Shown here: positions 14,632 to 27,749 of the stretch, piece after piece
Layout: each line of letters opens with the position of its first letter
Numbering within the stretch: the stretch's first letter is position 1
Origin: the human T2T-CHM13v2.0 reference genome, Homo sapiens
Reading direction: 5' to 3' (one strand)
NCBI RefSeq assembly: GCF_009914755.1
Contig: NC_060928.1
DNA: 64,000 bases
The notes under the pieces: generated by a model
Databases searched by the model: none
What the model saw: only the letters and a program-made list of their open reading frames with translations
What the model was told of the DNA's origin: nothing
Position numbers and translations under genes: made by a program

Positions 14632-14706
14632 TGTTAAGAAGAGGAGTTGAACCTCTGATTATAAAATTTTAAGTTTTATGCAATTACCAGGCTCTGCCAT
14701 CTTAAC
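14632..14706 (-). tRNA. mt-tRNA-Leu(UUR) NUMT copy (pseudo) with mTERF site remnant
   Basis: GTTAAGATGGCAGAGCCTGGTAATTGCATAAAACTTAAAA; tridecamer TGGCAGAGCCCGG altered by CpG decay. Confidence 0.85.
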
Positions 14707-16265
14707 AAACCCTGTTCCTGGGTAGGGTGTGTGATGGTTTGTTAGATTGAGATAGCATCATTTATGAGGCGAGGGTGCTTTATGAAGTGGGCCCTATTTT
14801 GTCCTTTTGTACTAGGAGAAATGTTAAATAGATAGAAACCAAACTGGATTACTCCAGTCTGACCTCAGATCAGGTAGGACTTTAATCATTGAACAAACGA
14901 ACCCTTAATAGCAGCTACACCATTAGGATGTCCTGATCCAACATCGAGGTCGTAAACCTTATTGTTGATATGGACTCTAGAATAGGATTGTGCTGTTATC
15001 CCTAGGATAACTTATTCCGTTCATCAAATTAATTGAATCAATGTATGTTAACTCGCTTAGACTAGTGAGGTCTTAGTTTACGTTGTTTGGAGGTTGAAGT
15101 ATGCTCCGGGGTCACCCCAAACAACATTTTTAATGCAGGGATAGTAGGCTAGGGCCTGTTGGCTTGTTTGAGTTTTTATTTGTATTAATGAATTAAAGCT
15201 CCATAGGGTCTTCTCGTCTTATTTTTTTATATCCACCTCTTCACAGATAGGTCAATTTCACTGATTAAAAGTAAGAGACAGCTGAACCCTCGTGTAGCAA
15301 TTCGTACAAGTCCCTATTTAGGGAACAAGTGATTATGCTACCTTTGCACGGTCAGGATACCGTGGCAGTTGAACATATGTCACTGGGTAGGCAGTGCCTC
15401 TAATACTGGTAATGCTAGAGGTGATGTTTTTGGTAAACAGGCAGGGTAAGATTTGCTGAGTTCCTTTTACTTTTTGTAAACTTTCCTTAGAGCATGCCTT
15501 TGTTGAGTTAACAGTGTAAATAATAGGGTGCTTATTATATCGTTTATTAATATTAGGCTGTTAACTGTCAGTGGGTTATTCTGGCCTGATGTAAGCTTAT
15601 GCAATGGAGAATGTCTTCATGTTACTTATATTGACATTATTGCTTCTATTAAATAATAGATTAGTCCAATGTGATGTTAGGAGTTCAGTAGAGTGATTAG
15701 AATTTAAGATAGTTAGATGTTGAGCTTAAATGCTTTCTTAATTGGTGGTTGCTTTTGGGCCAACTATGGTGGTAATATTTTTTACTCTCTGTAGGAAGGT
15801 TGTTTCCTAGGGTCTAAAGAGCTGTCCCTCTTTAGACTGACAGTTAAACTTACTGGGAAATTAAGTAATTCTGTGGGTAAGTTTAAAGTTGAACTAAGAT
15901 TCTATCTTGGACAACCAGCTATCACCAGGCTTGGTAGGCTTGTCACCGCTACTCATGAATCTTCCCACTATTTTGCCATGTAGGTGAGTGTGCTCTTTCA
16001 GCTATTCTTGGGTAGCTCATCTGGTTTTGGGGGACTTGGCTATAGTTCTCTGTGTAAAGTATTTCTAGTTAATACATTATGCAGAAAGTATAAGGGCTTG
16101 TCTTTGCTTTTTAGTGCTTGATATAGTTCTTTCATCTTTCCCTTATGGTACTATGCCTATTGCGCCAGGGTAAAAATTTCTGTTGCCTAAACTTTTTTCT
16201 AAGGTAAATCGTTTGATTAAGATAGTTTAATAGTATTTTTAGCGAGGTTTGGGGCTAGAGTTGGC
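14707..16265 (-). pseudogene. RNR2: Mitochondrial 16S rRNA NUMT copy
   Basis: Conserved blocks GTTTACGACCTCGATGTTGGATCAGGACATCC and GACGAGAAGACCCTATGGAGC; 1559 nt between tRNA-Val and tRNA-Leu. Confidence 0.95.
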
Positions 16266-16334
16266 TCAAAGTGATCAGGTCACAATGAAATCTTCCAGGT
16301 GTAAGCTGGATGCTTTGGTTTAAGCTACACTTTG
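16266..16334 (-). tRNA. mt-tRNA-Val NUMT copy (pseudo)
   Basis: CAAAGTGTAGCTTAAACCAAAGCATCCAGCTTACACCTGG. Confidence 0.85.
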
Positions 16335-17276
16335 GTTTGTCCAAGCGCACTTCCCAGTATGCTTACCATGTTGCAACTTATCTCCTCTATATGTGCATAG
16401 AAAACTATTAGTAATAGTGATTTCTAGAGTAATATTTGAGGAGGGTCACGGGTGGTGTGTGCATGCTTCATGGCCTTATTCAACCAAGCACTCTGCTCTT
16501 GGTTTACTGCTAAATCCTCCTTGAGCCCTTAGATTTCCTAAAGGATGTTGTGAGATTTTCTGGACATAGAAAATGTAGCCCATTTCGTGCCACCTCATGG
16601 GCTACACCTTGACCTAATGTTTTTATGTGTGTACTTGTGCTTACTTTGTGACCTTTTTAGGGTTTGCTGAAGATGGCGGTATATAGGCTGGGGGCAAGAG
16701 GTGGTGAGGAGCACCAGGGTTTATTGATTATAGAACAAGCTCCTTTAGAGGGATATAAAGCACCGCCAAGTCCTTTGAGTTTTAAGCTGTTGCTTGTGGT
16801 ACTCTGGTGAATGGTTTTGTTAATATAACTATTAGAGTTTAGGGCTAAGCATAGTGGTGTATCTAATCCAAGTTTGGATTTTAGCTATTGTGTCTTCAGG
16901 ATATTAAAGTCACTTTCATAGTATATTTTATGTCAGCTGGAGTTTTTTACAGCTTAGATGGAGCTTAGTTTTATTGAGGGTAGACCTTAAACACTCTTTA
17001 CGCCAAGTTCTATTAGCTCGAGTTAATCTTATGGCCGCAGTGGCTGGCACAAAATTAACCAACCCTAAATATTAGTATGGCTTGGTCAAACTTTCATTTA
17101 TTACTAAGGATTTATCACTGCTGTTTCCCTTGGGGATATGGTTGAGCAAAGTGTTTTGAGCTGCATTCATGCATGTTTGATACCTGCTCCTTTTGAGCCG
17201 GTGATCCAGAGGGCATTTTCACTGGGGTGGGGATGCTTGCATGTGTAATCCTACTAAGAGCTAATGAAAAGGCCAG
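16335..17276 (-). pseudogene. RNR1: Mitochondrial 12S rRNA NUMT copy (first ~13 nt missing)
   Basis: GATTACACATGCAAGCATCCCC, GTGCCAGCCAC, AAAACTCAAAGGACTTGGCGGTGC. Confidence 0.95.
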
Positions 17277-17389
17277 ATTGTTTATCTGTTTATCTACTAA
17301 AAGACATCTTGGTTGCTCTGATGTTTTCGCAAAAATTATAAATGAAGCTACTAAAAACATCCATGTGCAGGTTTTTGTGTAGATACATA
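17274..17389 (-). mobile_element. L1MB-type fragment, right half
   Basis: cagattgtttatc...gacatcttggttgc...aaacatccatgtgcaggtttttgtgt continues the L1 interrupted at 2414. Confidence 0.8.
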
Positions 17390-17446
17390 GTAATTTTTAA
17401 GAGTGTAAAATTGTCAAAAATTAATCAAAGCTTGTAAGAAACATTG
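17390..17446 (+). mobile_element. Charlie1 3' terminus
   Basis: taatttttaagagtgtaaaa continues the Charlie end seen at 1829-1883 (acataaacagaagtctttgaggtccacaataat). Confidence 0.6.
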
Positions 17447-18121
17447 ATCTAGTATGTCTATTGTCCCAGGTAACGCTTGTATTTCACGGCCTTCTTTCCT
17501 TTTTTTGAACCAAAGCAGAGGATTTGGTAGGTCTCTCAAGCATTATGACTAAGAATATGAGAGAAGTAGATTTTATTAATGAAGATTTTCATACTTATCT
17601 GAAGCATTTTTTCTGCATTTTCTGCTGAAGCATAAAATGACTGTGAGAGGAAGCCCTTTTGCCTTGAACTAAACCTCAGGAAGGCCAATGATCTGTGATA
17701 AATACCCGATTTGCCTGTCCTTCTTGTAGCTTCCAGAATGAGAACAGAAAAGCTAGAACCGGAAAGAGACTCAGCAGATACCCACTCCACCTCATTTGTT
17801 TTGTAAATATAGGAACTGCAATCCAGAAAGGCTATGTGTTTCCTGTAAAGTCACATGACGAAGTTGGCACATCTCAATGGGAACCCAGTTTCACTGACCC
17901 ACTGCCTCTTCCTTTTGTACCATATGTCTTGAAATAGCTTTAGTTTTAAAATTTCATTATTGCTTTCTGACTTTATAATGGTGTTGACCTTAATCTCATT
18001 GCAATTAAATGACTTCTTCTTTCACATGATTCCTTGTGGGTAGAATTACACACAATTACTGCAGTACAGCATAAATTCCAGAGCTACTGTTAACTTGAAA
18101 TGATGAGTAAGTACAGGATGA

Positions 18122-18567
<446 letters not shown>

Positions 18568-19823
18568 TACCTTGACTCTTAAGTTTTCCATTTCCTTTCT
18601 TATTTTTCTTCCATGACACAATAAAGACTAAAATACAAATCCTCTGCAGAAGCTATATCACATAAAGCATATGCATTATTCTTGAAAAATTATGCAATTT
18701 TTATCATTGAGAATAGTATGTTGAAAATAAACTCATTTAGTTAAAATAGGGATAATCACTTCAGCTAAAGATTTCTTTCTATACAAACCAATTTTGTTGT
18801 CTTATGGTCACAAATTGGATTTCTAACCTGGAGCAAATTCTCACAGTCATGTAATTGATCATAAAGTAAATTCGAAAAGTGAGAAAAATTAGAATGCATC
18901 TAATGCTATGACTAGAAACAAACTCAGAAATTTATCTCCCAGTGTTTATATGACCATAGTAAAAGCTCTGTACACATGTGACTGAGTGTAACCATTAGGC
19001 AAATGTTGAGGATGCAACACTAAATGATGTGCACATTTGACATTCAAACTTTTGGTTTTATTGGTATTGACTATCAAATAATTTAACTCAGAAGATAAGT
19101 TTACTTTGAAAATTAAAAATCCCAATGTCTTGTGGGCATGTGTGTGCATGTGTGAGTATGCAGTGTGTATACTGGAAAATTGCCAGTGTTTCACCGTATG
19201 TTCTCAAAAACCAGTTATTTTGAATAGCTGAAAAAAAGCATCCCTGCACCTTCAGGTAGTCAAGTGATCTTATTATTATACTGCATCTGATAAATCACTT
19301 GGTGCTATTGTGGGCACAAGTATATAAAAAAAACTGGCACTCCTCCTACCTTCCTTTGCCAACACATAAATACCCATAGAAACTCAATATTATCTTAGGA
19401 TGAAGACCAACACATTTTCTCTGAGATTATTTATACTACTTATATGGCCAAAAATTTTTTTTTGATAAATATCCTTGGTTATTTTTAGTGATCAAGAGGC
19501 TCACTCTGTTCTCTACAGAAATTCTCTCTTCAGAGCTCAGATATCTCTGGTGGGTTTCTCATACATTGAAATGGGGCAGTAACACTTTTTCCCATTAGTG
19601 GAGTTCAGTATAAGGCTATTGCATCTGGACCCCATTGCAGAAGGATCAGTTATCCAGATGACAAATGTACCGTTTTATAAGGCAGTCTCCCTCAGAGTTT
19701 TCACTAAAGTTAGAGTTATAGAGATGCTTTGAGTACCAGTTATTTATGCTTCTCTGTCTTTCTTCATCAATAATTATGTATGTCTATATTTAATATTAAT
19801 GAAGGTGTATAGTTTCATTTCCC

Positions 19824-20128
<305 letters not shown>

Positions 20129-22041
20129 TAATTTCTACAAGGACCAGAAAATGATGCATCCAGCCTATTGGGTGGTTGTATCCAAGACTATGCTATTTCA
20201 ATCAGTGGAATTATTGTTTAGGGTCTTCAGAACTCTTAAACACGTCAATAAACTTGAAGATAAATACAACATTAAAATGAATTATAAAATTTTTATCCTT
20301 TTTCATTCATTCAAGTACTTATTGTCTACTTACTTTGGGATAATTACTGTCATAGGCACTACAGATCAAATATAGATTTTTTTTTAAAGACATGGTCTCT
20401 GCTCTCAAGGAGCTGACAGTCTAATAAAATTCAGAGGCCCCCATGGCTAGGAATCAAGCTTGTCAGACTGCTTGGTTAGCTTTTTAGTTCGTGTTTTGGG
20501 GAATTATCTTAATACTTTGGCTATATCAAGGCTTAGTTAGAAGAGGTATCTTGGAGCAGGAAAAGTAAACAAGACTGAATTCAGTGCATTTATTTTATAA
20601 TTTACCAAGGTCTAGCCCTACCAATATTCTCACTACTGTCTTTGCCCTAAAGTTGGTCAGAAGATATTAAAAGCCAGAGGATAGAAATATATACATATAC
20701 ATGTATAGAGCTGTACTCTACTCAGGACACAATTGTAAGAGGATATCATTCCATCTGTAAAACTATTTTCTTCAGAAAAGCAAGACAACACATTCACTGA
20801 AGGTCTTTGACATAAAAAAGAAGTCCTCTAAGGAAAGTTTGATGGTCTGTAATATTTTTATTCACTGTTTGAAAGCTATTATAGCAGTCCCAAACAGGTC
20901 CCAAAAGGAGGGGGAACAACGACTTAAGTATCACCATTGCTACAGCAGAGACACATATGAATACCACTCGCAGTATTTAGCCTAAAAAACCATGGCATGT
21001 GTTTCTTCCCTCTCTAGCCCCGCCCATGTCCACCTCTTCTTTGTGGCTATCAATCTTCCTTAATGCAATCATTTAGGTAAAATGAGCTGCTTTGCAGCTC
21101 CACATGTTGGTGTTTACAGCTCTTTATGAGCCAATAGGATAAATATCTATGGACATTGCAATATCTCTGCTTGGATGGACGTTGATGATATTGAAGAAAA
21201 CGGTAAGTTACTGAGGGGAAATCAATCATGTGTACATATATGTTGATGTCTTGCTGAAGTGAAATCATTAGGCAAGAAGTGAATAAACACCAGGACTCCC
21301 TTTATGCTTCTAGACTTTGCATAAAATGAAGCAGGGTGATAATAATGGCAGTAGTAGTGGCCAGGAAGAAGGGAAGAAGGAAAGATCAGACAATGGTTTT
21401 AACAAGACAAGCAACAGTTTCAAAGAGAGCATATGCTTACTCAAGGGGGAATTATTGTTAGGTTTGGATTCCAGGCAAAAAAATTATCTTCCCTCCAAAA
21501 GGCTGTGGAATAATCATAAACACCTCCATCCTCTCCTCTCACACCATCTCAATGCAGAGACTCTGTTCTTGGGAACCTGGGAAGCCTGCAACCCAGGCTC
21601 TCCAAATATTGGGCTTCAAGAAACACAGGACCTCTTGAAATTATAGTCAAAATATGTGTGTGTGAATGTGCATTTTCCACTGAAAAGGTTTATAACTTTC
21701 ATTAACTTCTCACAAAACACTCTGAGTCTCAAAGTTCAAAACTACTGCTATTGATAAAACATTGCTTTCAGAGAACACACATATAAAAAGGATTCAGTAG
21801 GGATCAGGAGTAGTACAATATTACCTAACCTGATATTTTCAGAATATAATTTCCACATAAATCACTGGATAAAGAGAAATTACTTAGAGACTGCCCTTTG
21901 CACAAAACATAAACAACTCCTTAAACTCCATACTAAGAGTTCTGAAGCTGGAAGTAGTTACCTTAGAGCAGTGGTCATGAGATGAGCAATTTGGAGCCTA
22001 GAAAATTAGATTTAAAGTTGCCAGATCACTGAGTCCCTTAG

Positions 22042-22416
<375 letters not shown>

Positions 22417-25117
22417 TGAACTGGACACTATATGTACATTAATTTACACATTTCATTTTCATGGGTAACACAATGTTTAATAAGCTTGTTCCTGATTCTT
22501 GGGTGTTTTTCCAGAGACCCTAAAAGCCAAGAATAAGTAAACAATCAATGGCAAGCACTTCCACAGCACAAAGCAAGGTTCTGGTTCACTGATACAAGAC
22601 AGACTACAAAACAGTAAAAGCAAATCTTCATTAGCCAATCACTCACCTCCAACCTTCATGAGAGAGCTAAAAAGGCCAGTGATTTTGGTGGGGATCATTT
22701 CGGAGTGAGGTGCTGATGTGCCTTTGACATTCCCTGACTCACCACCACCCCTCCCCATAGAGGAAGATGGTGGAGAGCTTCACTCTCACCTGTACCAAGT
22801 GAAAAAGAGAGGCTTCAGGAACATTCCTTAGAGGGTTTAGCATGTGTTCCATAAGGCTGGGGAGTTCCAGGCTGAGGCTATTCTTGCTAGGAGAAATCTA
22901 AGGTAGGAGGCTGTCTGTAGCAGAAAGATCAAGGGGATGTGGTACGGAGAGCAAGCCACACTTGTATTCATGGCATGGGTCTTTGCCATGGACCAGTTGT
23001 GGGCTTTATGGAAGAGAGGTAGCCTGGGGTTGTTTGGACAGGGACTCTACCTGAGAGGACTATCTGGAGATGTGATAAATATCACAGAGGAAAGAATCCC
23101 CAGAAGTTCAAGTGTTGAATGGAGAAACATAAATGCCCTTATAGAGGAGAGGCGTGGCCTGCCACACTAGAAGTGCATTCTTATGTCCTCGGTGTGGAAT
23201 CTGAGAGTCTGCTTTGGACAACATGTCTAATGGCCAATACCACTTGACAACTGTATCCATCAGGTGAGACATGTTTCTCTCTTATCTTTCTTATCTTCTA
23301 CATACCATGTGGGAATATACCAAAGCACTGTCACATAAGTAGGGAAGGAGGTAAGGCAAGGAAGAAAAAGCCCACTTTGCCCCCTTTTTTTGTGTAGGCT
23401 TTCAGTCTTGCAGCAGGTTTGAATTGGTGCTGGAGAGAAGAGTAATTGGACAAGAGCTGAAGGCTTGTTATTGTGGTGGATAAAACTAGATTGGACTTTT
23501 AGATAATCTAAAAATAATGTGACTATATACCCTGATTTGCATAGGCCATCTTTGATTTCACCTGATGCCCTTGTGTAGATAATAAATAGCCATCCTTTCA
23601 CTTTCAACAATGAGATGATTTGGATGATAATTTATACGGTCACTCAATCCCAGAGCGATTCTGAAATTTATGGTACCTGATTGGAAATTTCATCCACTGA
23701 TGGGAGAAACAAGCGAATATTCCAGTTACAAAGTGGAGATGGTAGGAAAGGATTGTTTCCTTTTTATACATAAAGTAATGTAAGAGGACACTGAATGAGA
23801 ACAAAGGGGGAAATATGGTCATAGTGTATCATTAGAAAATATTTATAGTAAACTTTATAATTATCTTTCTAGATTGCAAATGCAGTCCTCCTCAAGAGAC
23901 AGTCTTTATATCTTGATCTTATCTCTAGGTAAATATTATTTTCTATGGTTACATAGAGATATCAAGATCTATTGGAAACTCTTGATCATTACAATCAAGA
24001 TTCTGGTGACCAAAATGGACAAAAACATGTAAGCAGATTGTGTTACACAATTTTTATCCAGAGGAGTTATTTCTATCCAGATGCATTTTTCATTACATAA
24101 GAAGACAAGAAAACCGAGAAAAACTCTAAAAAATAAATTCTTGCTCAGCTAAATTATGCTTAGAAAATATCCTGTCATTTCAACTAAAAATATCTTGTTT
24201 TTTATGTATGGCTATTTCCCTGAAAATGACATTAAAAAATCATGGGAAATATATAAATATTTTAGTCGTATATTGCATAGTAAAAGTATAATTTATCATA
24301 GAAACCACTCACTTCTATCAAAATAGTCTGAGGAAACAGGTGTAGAATAGATTATATTCCATTTAAAACATTGCTTGCTTTATTGTTTTTAAATAGGCTT
24401 ATGTGAAACTCCACCCGCTGGGAAAAAATGAAATCAGGATGAATCATACATCCAAAGGTCATTGATCTAAAAATATAGGTCTTGTAAAATGAATAAACAT
24501 ATTCTATTTTGTGAAAGCATCAAGTGAGAGGATTTTAGGATCCTTCCAAATCATTGAAGTCTCCCAGGTTGTTAATTAATTTATCAGTAACAGAGGAGGC
24601 AGCCACTCTAGTGCCCTGTCCTCCTGGGGAAGCAGAGTAGATAAAAGGTGATCCTGCTGAGGAAGGATAGAGATCAAGGGCCTTAACCTCTCCCCAGGAG
24701 AGAGAGAGAAGCATATGTGCAAAACAGACAGGAAAGCTCAGCCCTCTCTTGATTGCTTCCATTGAAAGCAGACTTAGTAGGTCCTCAGGAAATACTGCCT
24801 ATGATGATGAGAAGCATGCAACACTTCCGGGCCAGAACACAAAATTGACCAATGAAAACAGAACTAGTATTTGTTGTCATCCAAACATTAAACAAAATTC
24901 TGAAAAGAAATGAAAAACAGACATTTCTCATGTAGAGCCTTCCACAGTTTTTATGGAGAGGGAGAATGATATTAAGAATACCAGGGGTCTACCTGTGTTG
25001 CTGGAGGGAGCTAACAGGAATGTACTATTTGCCAAGTGTATTTTTCTTTTTAAATTTTTTAAACTGAGCCCTTAATCAGCAGACAACTTTCTTTGGTAAG
25101 TATTAGAAGGTACATAA

Positions 25118-25438
<321 letters not shown>

Positions 25439-26430
25439 AGGTATATAAGATGTATATTGTCGAGTTTTGGATAGCTTGATGTAAATAGCTGCCTTGCCTC
25501 ACTGAGACCTTTTTTTATAGTGGTGCTTTGGTGTGAGAAAATAAAGAAAAAAGTGTTCTAAATGTGTTTTGATAATGCTGCTTATTGGTGAATAAATACA
25601 CATATTTACAGTGGAGTAATCAATGGTCGGGGCAGTGAGATCTGTACACCCTGGATGCAGGCTATTTCAGGATATGCTGTCATTAGAGAATTAAAAACAA
25701 TAATAAAACAAATAAAAGCCAGGGTGACTTTTATTACCACTATGTGCTGGTAATCATAAACATTAACAGTAATAAAATACTCTTCCTGGCCAGACTGAAC
25801 CCCTCCCTCCACTGACTTCCTCACGCCAGGGGATGTGTGTATGTGTTTGTGTGTGTGGGTGCGTGCATATTTCTATAAATGAAAATCTGCAGGCACACTC
25901 ACATATAATGACCCACGTAGAGATCTCATTTTGTTAAGAGGGAGCTTATTCACACGTAAAATGCTAGAATGACCCTCTAAAGTTCAAGTATAACCTGGTC
26001 CAGGACTCAACACTAGCTTGCCACAAAAGCTTGTTATGTCATTGAAAAGCTAACTTTTTTAAAATGATTTTTTTTAAAGAAAGTTTATAGCATTGATATC
26101 TTAACCATGAGCTAAATCTCCATTTAGTATTTGAAATCGTGCAGGATCATGGATGCAAACTAATTTTCCCAGTGTCACACATTTAGTAAATGATAAGGAA
26201 GGAAATTGAATTCAGGTCATCTGAATTTAATACTTTACTATGCTTCTAATAAAATATGATTATTTCAACAAAGTGTTTTGTTTTCCCAAACTCAGTAAAT
26301 GATTTCTTTTTATTTAAATCTTATTAACTCTTAAATTAATAAAGGTAGGTGTTTAAAATTCACCTAGATTTCTTTGACTTATATTGAATCACGAAAAAAA
26401 CTATGTTTAAATTAATTTTATTTAAATTCT

Positions 26431-27188
26431 TTTTTAAAAATTTCCTCTAAAAGAATGGGATACATGTGCAGAACGTGCAGGCTTGTTACATAGGTATATG
26501 TGTGCCATGGTGGTTTGCTGCACCTATTGACCCATCTTTATGGATAGAAGAATCAATATTGTGAAAATGGCCATACTGCCCAAAGTAATTTATAGATTCA
26601 ATACTATTCCTATCAAACTACCATTGATATTCTTCACAGAAATAGAAAAAACGATTTTAAATTTCATATGGAATCAAAGAAGGCCCTGTATAGCCAAGAC
26701 AATCCTAAGCAGAAAGAACAAAGCTGTAGCATTACACTACCTGACTTCAAACTATACTACAAGGCTACAGTAACCAAAGCAGCATGGTACTGGTACCAAA
26801 ACAGATATATAGACCAATGGAGCAGAACAGAGACCTCCAAAATAACACCACACATGTACAACCATCTGATCTTTGAGAAACATGACAAAAACAAGCAATG
26901 GGGAAAGGATCTCCTATTCAGTAAATGGTGCTGGGAAAACTAGCTAGTCATATGCAGAAAACTAAAACTGTACCCCTCCTTACACCTTATACAAAAATTA
27001 ACTCGAGATGGACTAAAGATTTTAATGTAAAACCCAAAACCATAAAAACCCTAGAAGAAAACCTAGGTAATACCATTCAGGACATAGGCATGAGTAAAGA
27101 CTTCATGACAAAAATGCCAAAAGTAATTGCAACAAAAACTAAAATTGACAAATGGGATCTAATTAAACTAAAGAACGTCTACATAGCA
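26431..27188 (-). mobile_element. L1PA (PA7/8-like) insertion with 5' inversion
   Basis: 26431-26536 is the L1 3' end on minus; 26538-27176 is ORF2 C-terminal sequence on plus ([35 protein letters not shown]); 17-bp TSD. Confidence 0.92.
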
Positions 27189-27749
27189 AATTTTATTTAA
27201 ATTCTAATCCAAGCTTTCTTTGTACATACATGAGGACTATCAAATTGCATTTCCCCAAAATAACTTGTGATTTGTCTCATTTGTTTATGCAGACATAAAA
27301 ATAAAATACTCATGATCACAAGTGTCTATACACTTGCATGTATGTATGTGTATATATTTGTGCTGCCTATGATACACTTGATCAGTCAATAGCACATGAG
27401 CTCTCAGTCATTAATTTCTATAAAACTGGTAAAAAGTAAAGTTCAAGAATCTGCATTTTCACAGAGACTGTCAGCGCATAATTTCCAAAATACCTAATTG
27501 ATAAATACAAATATCTAAAATGTTTAGTAAGGGAAAATTTGTCTTTAATATTGAATTCTTTTTTTGCTATAAAAACGGCCCTAATTTAATTAGTTTTAGA
27601 ATAAACATGGGGATAATTTTGAATGTACTGATAGAAATATTATCTTACATAATCACCCTGATAAATACATTCCATTGTATTCATTGGAATACAATTGACT
27701 GATATACAGTTAATGGAGAAAATGGACATATATGTCTATGTCTTTATAT

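Noticed and set aside
21040-21210. Possible exon ending in a consensus donor (cg|gtaagt at 21203); similar donors near 25096, 31701, 58378 and 60570
   Set aside because: GTAAGT is expected many times by chance in 64 kb of AT-rich DNA. There is no coherent coding frame, and lncRNA exons cannot be called without transcript data.
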